Shown: positions 54,022 to 64,000 of the stretch, in pieces
How the letters are laid out: each line of letters starts with the position of its first letter
Numbering within the stretch: the stretch's first letter is position 1
Source of the DNA: Okamejei kenojei
Taxonomy: Eukaryota
Assembly (NCBI GenBank): GCA_035221665.1
Contig: CM069163.1
Location: forward strand, 17,546,001 to 17,610,000
Length of the DNA: 64,000 bases
Direction of reading: 5' to 3'
Made by a program: the position numbers and the translations under genes
The notes under the pieces: model-generated
What the model saw: the letters and a program-made list of their open reading frames with translations, nothing else
Told to the model about the DNA's origin: nothing
Databases searched by the model: none

Positions 54022-56469
54022 CCTCAACATAATGTGCCACAGCACCGTTTTTCTGCCTTAGAACACAGGAACAGGCCCTTCGGCCCACAATATCTTCTTC
54101 TACCTAGATTCCTTTACTATCAATAAATTATCCCTCTCGGCTTTGAATGCAATTCCAATCCTCAACGGCCTTCCAAGATAGGGAATTCCGCAGATTCACC
54201 TGTCTGAGAAGACATTCCTCATTTCAGTGAATTATAATTCTAGACTCCCGAACCAAGGGCAGTATCTCTCCTGTTTAGCTTTCTGTGTTGAGTTCATGCA
54301 CTTTGCGTACCATAAAAAAAAAACAATTTAACTTTCTGACCTTTCGATTGTTACAAAAATTAAAATTGCACTATTTTTCCATTCTAAATCTATCTCAAGG
54401 TTATTATATTAGATGTTTTCCCCAGAAAACGCATGACATGGGTGAACATTTAGGTATATTTGAAAACTAGGCTATTTGAGGAAGAGAATCTGAAAGATTG
54501 CAGATGATATAGGTTTAAAAGACAATCTTTGATCCCAAGAACAAGATAACAGATTCTATATTCTCCAGCCAGATGAAACAGCTCCCAACATTTCAAGCCT
54601 GCTAAGAAATCTATAAGATCACTTCTAATTCTTACAAAAGACAAAATCTACTGCCTCACAGGACAAACCCAAATCAAAATAGTAAACCTCATCTGTAAGA
54701 ATAGACAAGTTGTGGCATTTGGCAGGAATTTTTAGCCTACGACCTCCCTCGGTACAATCGAGACTGGAAAATAAGACCATCCCAACCAGTCTGGCTCTGT
54801 GACTATACCATCATGTCGATTCAAAATAGGATTTCCTGGTTAGAACAATAAGCTTTGTCTCTTAGGCTAGGGGTGTGCTGACACAATTATATCTACTGTA
54901 TCTGACACTACAACAAAGAAGCTTAAGTATGGAAGAATGACAATATTGTAAAGATCAGGCAGCTTGCCTGATATATAAAATTATATAATATTAACAGTTT
55001 TGTCAGAACCTCAGGGACAACTGAGAGGCTGGGATATCAAGGTACAATGAGGCTGGTTTGCAAAATTAAACCAAGTATTATTTGCTCATAAAGAACTATA
55101 CGATGCGACCTGTAGGTTAGAATTCACAAAGTACAGTTTGGCTTAATGGATATTTTCCCAATAGTGACACCATGAAGGTGCAAAACAAAGGACAGATCAC
55201 TAGAGTGTTAGCAGCTGATGGTTGGTGCTCAGTTCTGCTTTGGTGTTGATGATTCTGCATTCACGTAGGAATATAATGTGGATTTTTATTTTAAGATGCC
55301 AGGAAGGTTGTTTGCTGATGAATTCTCGCGTAGAAGCCGAGCACAGGGACGGGGTATTGTTCTGCTATAAAGAAAAGGTTCCGCGAATTTATCGACCACG
55401 ACTGGCATGGTGAAAAGTGCTCACGGGACAATATTCATACTAATTTATCCTTGGCTCTGTGAGCTATTGATGTAAGGTTCATTTTAAAAATCATCTTATG
55501 TCCTTCATTGCACTGAACACTCTCCTGCATCATATTTGAACTATAAGTATTTTTTTCTTTAAGAGCCATTTCCTTCCAAAACAGACATAACACTTAAGGT
55601 AACTAATAAAATTGCTGTATAAACCAGCTAGCTATTGTAATGTAAAAAAACAATACTGGTAATTGATGGAATGGAGGAGGACATTTCTGGTTGTTGAAGG
55701 AGTTTGCAGTTACAGAAATCTCTACATAAAGGGCTTCTGCACTTAACCGTTTGCGAGTGTTGTACACTGACTTATACAGAGGACAGCTTGCACCAGTGAA
55801 GTGCATGGGAGAGAATTCCACCTCAGCCTCTTGTGCTAAATGCAATTAGACAGGCAGTTTCCATCAGTCACTTCAATGGAACTAAATTGCACAAGGCTAA
55901 CATGTAGCAAGTACTGTATCTGCACCGTTCACCCAAGTACCCAGAGAAGTTTGACCCTGCATTGCATGCAAAGTATGTCACTCAGTCTTCTCGACATCAA
56001 TCAATCTCTCTGCTCATAAATACACAGTAAACAGATGAAGAGGTGGAAAATTGAAACAACACAATGAAACAAATTAAAACTGGTGCAAACAGCTAATAAA
56101 TAACAAACATCTTGTGTACCGAATGGGTACGCTGCTATAATTATAATCAGCCCAGGCAGTCATGCAAATAATATTTTTAAAATTCTCTTTTTCTAAACAA
56201 AAAATTAACAAAAATTATAAAAATGTAAAAACTGTATAATTAGGTACCAGCAAAAATGCAGATGGACCATTATTTAAAAGATTAAATAGTATTGTTAAAC
56301 AATGATATGCAATTCATACAGTTACTTACAAAATTATTTATACAGAGGTTTATGCTGGATGCAGTTCATTGTGGAGAAATATGTAACATGGGTGTTTCTG
56401 TATAACAATTAGCCCTTCAGTGACTTAATCTATCAAATTGGCGCCCACTCAGAACCATTCTTTCAGCAT

Positions 56470-56730
56470 TGAAGAGAAAGATAGAGGGAGAGAGGTGAGA
56501 GAGAAAGAGAGGGGAGAGGGGGAGAGAGGAGAGGAAGGGGGGGGGGGGGGGAGGGGGGAGGGGGAAGAGGGGGGAGAGAAAGAGAGCGACAGAGAGGGGG
56601 GAGAGGGAGGGGTGGAGGGGAGGAGGAGGGGAGGGGGAGAGAGAGACGGAGAGACGGAGGCAAAAAGAGAGCGTACGGGAAGGAAAGCTTGAGAGCAAGA
56701 AGGACAGAGCCCGAGACAGAGAAAAAGACA
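56470..56730. repeat. Purine-rich (G/A) low-complexity tract
   Basis: Almost entirely G and A, with multiple G-runs. Confidence 0.9.
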
Positions 56731-57395
56731 ATATGAGAATAAGAAAAATGCTTTTATATTGCATCTTTAAGGATATCCCAGAATGATTTGGTCAAAATAT
56801 TGTTAATCATTCATTGTCATAATACTGCGTGGTGTCAGCAAAAAAAAGCAGAAATGTACGACCTTGAAAATGACCTGTACTGTGGACAGGATTTCTCTAC
56901 AATGCAGCTGCATCAACTGGATGTGGGCAGAGATTCCTATTGTCATGAAACTCATTATGTACTTTAAATAAAAATAAGCAGCCATTTAATAATATAGAAA
57001 AATGTGCATACATATCGAAGCATTGAAAGCAAATACTTTGTGCATTAGATTTTGTGAAGATGAAATATAAGTTTACAGTTCTATGTACCATGAAGTGATT
57101 TTAGTTTGCAAGAAAACCATATATTGTTTGTATGGACAGAGACAATGGGTGTTGATTTTCACACATAAAACACCAAACACTATAGTCAGTATCAGAAAGT
57201 ACCAGATCCAAACTCACTGATCACAAACTACAATCAGCACGAGAGAGGTTTCCCCATCAGCTCTCCAGCAACATGCAAAGGTCAGTAAGTATAGTGCAAA
57301 ATAAGGAAGTGATGTGACCAGACAGTGTATTGCACTTTGTTGCATTCTCTTGTATGTGTAAAGCAGGTCCTGTCTAACAGAGAGTTTACTTAAAA

Positions 57396-57574
57396 CTAGA
57401 TATAAGTCATTGCACCTTTAACACTTTTGTCCAAATAGACCTCCACATAAGACGTGGGAACATATCCTTCCTCGTCTTCACTTCGTCGAACTCTTGTCCA
57501 CCCATCTCCTTTATCTTCCTCTATCACAGTCAGCGTCTCTCCCTCTGTAATCGTTATAGTTCCTTCATTCTGAC
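57396..57574 (-). CDS. FNBP1: FNBP1 SH3 exon ending ...KGAMTYI* (internal alternative donor after 57416)
   Basis: attcAG|GT, phase 1. Encodes [58 protein letters not shown], stop TAG. Confidence 0.94.
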
Positions 57575-57654
57575 CTGAATTGAAACCAGATTCACAAATC
57601 AGGTTACACCAGACGCGATACAGATAGCACTAGGAAAGACAAACATTGTGTTCA

Positions 57655-57962
57655 TTGGATAGAACAGTACAGCACAGGAACTGTCCCTTTGTCCCACAAT
57701 GTTCGTGCCAAACATGATGTTGTGTTAAACTAACTTCCTCTGCCTGCACGTGATCCGTATCCTTCCATTCCCTGAATATCCATGTGCCTGTATGAAGGCG
57801 TCTTAAATGCCTCTGTCGTATCTGCCTCCACCACACCTGGCAGCACCACGTTCCAGGCACCCACCACCCTCTGTGTAAAAAAAAACTCCTTTAAACTTTG
57901 CTCGTCACCCCTTGAAGCTATGCCCTCTAATCTTTGACATTTCCACCCTGGGTAAAAGGTTC
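57655..57962 (-). mobile_element. CR1 LINE 3' fragment in an FNBP1 intron
   Basis: LLPRVEMSKIRGHSFK remnant and CR1 3'UTR. Confidence 0.75.
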
Positions 57963-58585
57963 ACCCTGCTACATATAAACTCTCTCAATCCACAATTTGG
58001 ATCCTCACTTTGGACAGGGATATAGTTTTCAATGAAATGCTTCAGGTTAGCTGGTTTAGCTCCTTTGAGAGTTTCCTCCACAGTTATTGCTTCATCCCCA
58101 ATTAACCCCTGGAATCCCAATTGAAAAAAGCGGCTCAAAAAGATCCGATTTCAATTTCACTGCACGGTACGACATGTCTTGTTTGCAGCCTCAACCCCAA
58201 TACTGTTCCTGATTATTTGTAGGGAGAAACTGTCTTCTGATTGAAAACATAGAAACAGAGGAATGCATCCTCATCCTGCAACGCCTCGTCAGCGTTAGAT
58301 CTAGGTTTATTACTGCCACGTGTACCGGGGTACAGTGAAAAGCTTTGTTTTGCATGTTATTCAAAAGGATCAGATATACTATACATTAATAAAATCAAGC
58401 CAGTCTCTTTGTTCCAATCATTCCCTTCCATCAACCTGTGAATTACATCCCATTGCTCTAACCAGGTTCCCCATTGCAAAGGCGGCCAACATACTCTTTA
58501 TCTCTCTGAAGGACATACAGCCGGTGTTGCAGGATTTCTAAGGTCTGATTTTAGCTGCTTTATTTTCTCTATGATCTTTATAGTT

Positions 58586-59642
58586 ATGTTACAAAACTTA
58601 TCTTCAGCGGCACTGTAGTTCTGCCACTGGCCGTGTGTGCGACTTTGGTGTCATGGGGGGGGGGGGGGGGGGCAGGGTTAAAATGCGGTGTTTCTCCTAC
58701 CTGACCTAAATATATTTTCTCGGAGTGCAAGCTTTTGCTGAAGAATTGTTCCGACTGCTGTTTTTGTGATTTAAAAAAAAATTTTTTTAAATCGCCCGAC
58801 AAGTTCAGCGCTGGAGTAATTTAAAAATCAGTTTCTAAAGCCATCAACGCCGACAACGGGGACGGATTTCACGTACGGGACAGGTAAAGGAAAGCCGTTT
58901 ATTTTATGTATAAAAGTGCTTCTTAAGATGCCATTAAATCTACATTTTGCGTTGCGAAACGGTGATTTAGGCCCCATACGAACTGGCAGTGTTTTTCCTG
59001 CCAATATGGGGTTCAAATTCACCGCAACCGCAACGTTCCAATCGATCGCGTTCCACAAAATCCCACTCGCAAGATGATTTAAATGCCCATTAATTTACGG
59101 GAATTAAACATTAAATTCCTTCCATTTGGCCTATAAATGCATGACAATGAGATTTAAAAATCATGTTCTATTGTGAATTCTTGTGTGAATGTTATTTGAA
59201 CACTTAGGCTATTTAAAAATGTTAATTTTTTCTTAAGAAATAGATAGATGTTTAGATCTAGTAGTTGAATTTTGTATTTAGCTACAATTGGGTAACTAAT
59301 TATATGCTTTAATTTCAGGTCATCCAAGCAAGATTCTTTCATATTTGTTTCAGAATGCTTCAATCTATAATAACTGAAAATTTCTTTCAGTTCTCTTAAT
59401 TTTTAAGAAAGTTATGGGCTTTTGACTGTCCTTGATCACAGCTTTTGTGTTAAGTCAATGGAAAAGCAATAGGGAACAAGATGCTAATTTCCGAGTATGA
59501 AAATGGCCATAACTTTTTAATACTGAAGATATGAAAATGATTTGGGTGTCAAATTAAACTTCTTTATATGCTTTATCTGATGGGATAAATTGCAGACTTG
59601 ATTTTAAAAATCTCAAAATTTTGTTACAAAATTTTGTAACAT
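58586..59642. mobile_element. ~1.05-kb non-autonomous TIR element in an FNBP1 intron
   Basis: Inverted termini ATGTTACAAAA (58586-58596) and TTTTGTAACAT (59632-59642). No transposase ORF. The left half is CpG-richer than the flanks. Confidence 0.6.
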
Positions 59643-59657
59643 TGCTAGTCTTTATAC

Positions 59658-59797
59658 CTTCAAAGGGATACATGGCCTTGCATGTACCAATTGTTGTCAG
59701 CACCTCTTCATCATCAAACTCATCATCAAACTCGTTTTGGGCTGCAACTTTTAACTGTGGATCTTGGCTTTGTTCTTCGGTATAACTACCATCAGGA
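59658..59797 (-). CDS. FNBP1: FNBP1 exon (tankyrase-binding RESPDG, acidic stretch, start of SH3)
   Basis: gagcAG|T...GAAG|GTataa, 140 nt, phase 2/1. Encodes [13 protein letters not shown]...[25 protein letters not shown]. Confidence 0.94.
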
Positions 59798-60714
59798 CTG
59801 CTCAAGAAAGAAAGAAATACAGTAACTATAGAAATAGTATGTCCCAAATAAACCATAGCAGATCCACAGACCATAGCAGCATAACAGCTGATAGAAACCA
59901 GGCAGTGAAGCAATATCATATGCAGCTACAGCGTAATAACCAGTAGAAATCACCTAGGAAAGCATTAACAAAACCGTGGACTCAATTTATGATAACCTAA
60001 CAGGGCAAGTAATATCAGAGAAGAAGACCACTCTGTCCATCATTTCCATTGCATTTACCGGTGGACTTGGATCTGATTAAACTATCCAATCCCTGGTCTA
60101 TAGTGACACAGGCTTTTAGCTCTTCCAGTGATCACTGGTTAAATGTGGTGATAGTCTCAGGCGCCATCAATCTCTCAAATTGAAAGCTGCACCCAATATG
60201 TAATACCTGACAGTCGCAATTTTGGATTAAAGGCATTGAGTCGATCTGATAGCTTTGTATAACACAGCCATTAATTATCCATGATTTATAAATTGAAACT
60301 ATGCACATAATTGCTAATTCACTTTAAAAAAATGATCAATAATCCAATTTGGACATTGTTGAACAGCAAATATTGAAGTTTATATTGCTGTATTGCACTC
60401 TTGTTTGACACTCAAAATACATTAAGAATAGTTGGCAACTGTTTATTATTTCCACGCGTACCAAGATAGTGAAAAGCTTATCCCTTCACTGTATTGTTTT
60501 CAGTTGTGTTCATTTGTTACAAAGTATACTTTGATGTTTGGCAGAAATTGCAAGATTGTTTCATCAATTGTTTCAATTCCAAGAAGAGATACACTGTGAG
60601 TAAACTCATTAATACTTTTAGATATTATTCAATTAAACAAAAACAGCATGGGGACAACAAAAACAGCTCATTTATTGATTTTACATATTGACCAATTAGT
60701 GCTTTATTTCTATT

Positions 60715-60995
60715 TCCAATCAATGCAATTCTTATTTTACCAACCCCAAACCCCGATCAGCAACTATGATCTTCTATGGACTGTGTCTTTGGTTCCACTA
60801 TTTTGTTCTTTGGCTTAGTTCTATTTTGGCACTATTATGGTTACCTAGTTTTATTGTGATTAATTAATTGTATTATTGATTATAATATATTTAACTGGGT
60901 GTTATTACGTTTATGGGCCTGTTAAGCTGCAGAAGTAAGAAATTCCTTGTTCTGTTGTTGGTGCATGGGACAATTAAACACTCTTGACTCACTCC
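60715..60995 (+). mobile_element. Rex1-type LINE 3'UTR fragment
   Basis: AT-rich 3'UTR ending gtaagaaattccttgttctg...caattaaacactcttgactc. Confidence 0.5.
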
Positions 60996-62284
60996 TGACT
61001 AACTCTCTGCATCAACTACAGCGCATTGAGTGGGGAATTTACAGGGTATGCCAGTTACATATACTTCTGTTAAATTAAATGACTTCACGGCGCCTTGTAA
61101 AATAAATCTGATCGCAACATCCAAAATTAAATTCTCAAGAATAGCAGAAGGACTTAAAGAAACAATTTAATCTAGATTTTAAAACATTTCAAGAAAATGC
61201 ACAGGAATTCACAGGAATTCACAATTTATAAACCGCTGGACAAAATACATCCATCTAATTCATCAGGTCAAACTGAATTCTAATTTATTAATTCTATTCT
61301 ATTTTGTCTATTTTAAATAATAGATAGATTATTCGATGACGAACTTTTGCAAAATAACTTCCAAGAGAAAAGAGTGGTAATCTGCAGATAGGTTCAAATT
61401 GCTCAGATGATATTGTGGAATTTAAATTCAGTTGAAAAATCTAGAATCAATGGCCAATACCTATAATGGTGAGCAAGAAAATATTACAAATAATCGACAA
61501 TTTCACAAACACTCCGTGAGAAGAATTTGAGTCATTTGTGTACAGTAACCTCATTGGCATGGTCACCATGTATTTTCCACACTACCTTCCATTTTCCCCT
61601 ATCGACACATTAGCACTGTTCCATTTAAACACAACTCAGAAAAAGCACCTCAGGATTACAAATCACACGCAATCTTAGAAATGTCTTAAACGTGGGCAAA
61701 TGGGACTAGCTTAGATGTGGCATCCCAGTCAGCATGGGCAAGTTGTGCCGAAGTGCCTGCTTCTGTGCTGTGTTACTCTACGCTACAAATCAAAAAGTGC
61801 CAACTTGGCCAACCAAGTCCATGCTACAACCATTGTACAGAAATCCTGTCAGTTCCAAATCCCAGATTTTGCCACATGGTCATGCACATTGGCTGCGGTC
61901 TGTCAGGCACACGGCAGATGGCGAGAAGAGAAAAAAAAACGGCCTAATTTTCAGAAGTCCATCTGTTCCACATGCATCAATTCACTGGTGACGGGGTGGG
62001 AGATTGCAACCTTCACGTGGTCCGCCCTGTTTCAACAAATGCCATCAACCTGGCGTGCACAATCAAATAAGATCAAACAGAATAAGTTGTCCTACAACTT
62101 TAGGCTGTGCACGCCATACGCAAGAAGAAGAAGATTCATTGGTGACCATCTCAAACACCCAGGAAGATCAGTCCTGTCGCCATAATAAAGATGTTCACAA
62201 TATTGCTGTGTACGTGGGATAGATTTTGAATTGAGTTAGTAGCTCAAAACTGGGCATTCCCTGAAGCAAATTAATGTCACCAGG

Positions 62285-62610
62285 ATCATTGGAGTATCAT
62301 TCCATACACCCACATCTTCTACCATCATCCCCTCTTCTCCCCACCCCTTCATTGTCTCCTTCCACTCACATCCCTCCCTCTGTCTTTCTACCTTATTCCT
62401 TATCTAACACCCGTTTGTTTCCTTTTCATCTCTCACCTCTGTCACTTACTCCATCCATCAGCTATTCACCCCCCCCCCCCCCCTTTACCTCTATCCTATC
62501 ACTTGCCAGGCTTTGTTCCACCCGCACCTCTCTCTTGCAGTTTTCTCCCCCACCCTCAACCCCCACTACAATCAGTCTGAAGAAGGGTCCTGACCCTAAA
62601 TATCATCCCC
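62285..62610 (+). mobile_element. Penelope-type pyrimidine-rich terminal fragment ending in a degenerate hammerhead core
   Basis: C/T-rich tract followed by cagtCTGAAGAAGGGTCCTGACCCtaaatatc. A similar layout occurs at 41370-41530. Confidence 0.55.
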
Positions 62611-62813
62611 CCATCTCCTCTATGATTCGGCCGCAACCAGGAAGGCAGACGTCAGATCAACTCTGTGCTGTCTGACCACATCCTTGTGTGAAGTGGCCAC
62701 AGGTTCAATAACACACAGAGTAGAAAAAGGGAACAGCAATGTCTGCCGCAACCTTCAACTTCTCAACATCCAGCTCAGTCTGCAAGTCTCTGTGACCCAT
62801 AACGGTACCGTAC

Positions 62814-62932
62814 CTCTCTCTATCCTGTGGACAGCTGTTGACGGCGCTGCTCTGTGACTCGTACATTTCACTCTGCCGCCGAGTTTGATCCGACTTTGCC
62901 GGTAAGCGACCTTCCACCTCAGCCAGCCAAGC
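62814..62932 (-). CDS. FNBP1: FNBP1 internal coding exon (end of HR1 region); upstream exons lie outside the window
   Basis: ttttcAG|GCT...AG|GTacgg on the minus strand, 119 nt, phase 0/2. Encodes [39 protein letters not shown], matching FNBP1 ([21 protein letters not shown]). Confidence 0.92.
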
Positions 62933-63202
62933 CTGAAAACCAATGAGAAATGAACGCTGAAGTACACATCAATACTTTGGCACGCTGAGTCCAGAGGTTG
63001 GGTGCAAAAACGCAGAGCTGGAGGAACTCAGTAGGTCAGGCAGCATCTGTAAGGAGCATGGATGGTTGAATCTTCAGGTTGGAACCCTTCTTCAGACCAA
63101 AGAAGCTGAAGGAGGATATACTCCTCAGATGCTTACTGACTTGCTGAGCTCCACCAGCACTGTGCTTTTTTGCATAAGTTACCAGCATCTGCAGAAATTG
63201 GA

Positions 63203-63740
63203 ACGTTATGTTACAGTTGTAGATGACGATGGTGAGGCCACACATGGAGTATTATGTTCAGTTTTGTTCACCCTGGTATAGGACAGATGCCATTAAGCTG
63301 CAAAGGGTGCAGAGAAGATTTATAAGGATGTTGCCACCAGGACTCGAGGTTCTGAGCTATAGAGAGAGGTTGGGCAGGCTAGGATTTTATTCCTCAGAGC
63401 CAACGAGACTGAGGGTAATCTTAGAAGTGTTTAAAATCAGGAGGAGAATACATATAATGAATGTACAGTCTTTTTCCCAGGGTAGGGAAGTCAAAAACCA
63501 GAGGGCAAAGGCATCGGTCTAGTCAGACAGTGGGGAAAGATTTAATAGGATCCTGAGAGACAACTTTTTCACCAGGAGGTTAATGAATGTATAGAATGGG
63601 CCAGCCAGAGGAAAGAGTTGAAGAAGGCATGATAAAAACATCTGCAAACCATTTGGACGGGTACATGGATAGGAATGGTTTAGCGATAATTGAGTCACAT
63701 GCGGGCAAATGGGACTAGCTTAGATGGAGAGTGTTGGTCA
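63203..63740 (+). mobile_element. CR1 LINE 3' fragment
   Basis: TMVRPHMEYYVQFCSPWYRTDAIKLQRVQRRFIRMLP.GLEVLSYRERL. Confidence 0.85.
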
Positions 63741-64000
63741 CCCTGAATGAAATCCACAATGTAACTGTAAACTAATTAGACTTTCTAGCTACCACTTTTG
63801 GGGTCATATTGTATATCTATTTATTTATGGAACCTATCGTTTTATTCCTCCGCCACCTTTCTTCAGTGCTATCAAAACCTTGGAGACAAACTCAGCGGGT
63901 AAGACAGTATCTCTGGAGAAAGGGAATAGGTGACCTTTCGGGTCAAGTCCCTCTTCCTTGCACCTTGCCTCAACATGTACTTTTATAAACTTGCATCTTG

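Noticed and set aside
56417-56764. Pro/Ser/Leu-rich and Gly/Glu-rich ORFs
   Set aside because: Artefacts of the low-complexity purine tract.
59658-62932. Assignment of the - strand gene to FNBP1L or TRIP10
   Set aside because: [28 protein letters not shown] and IGTCKA match FNBP1.

Overview
Vertebrate genomic DNA, most likely from a cartilaginous fish (skate/ray-type HE1-like SINE, CR1 and Rex1 repeat landscape). Two spliced genes converge tail-to-tail. On the + strand are the last 9 coding exons of SH2D3C (NSP3/CHAT; SH2 plus CDC25-like domain), 3331-19794, followed by its 3'UTR. On the - strand are the last 3 coding exons of FNBP1 (FBP17; RxxPDG tankyrase motif plus SH3), 57396-62932, with a probable distal terminal exon and long 3'UTR at about 42.5-46.8 kb. 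All exon phases join consistently with GT-AG borders. The most notable non-genic items are four. (1) Many short Penelope-type elements carry a minimal hammerhead ribozyme core, and several have target-site duplications. (2) A near-complete single-ORF L2/CR1-group LINE has its reading-frame breaks in homopolymer runs. (3) A ~500-bp internally deleted HERO-like (RLE-clade) retroelement keeps both ends. (4) A ~1-kb TIR element sits next to an FNBP1 splice donor. Gene and family names come from recognising the sequence, not from database searches, and repeat boundaries are approximate.
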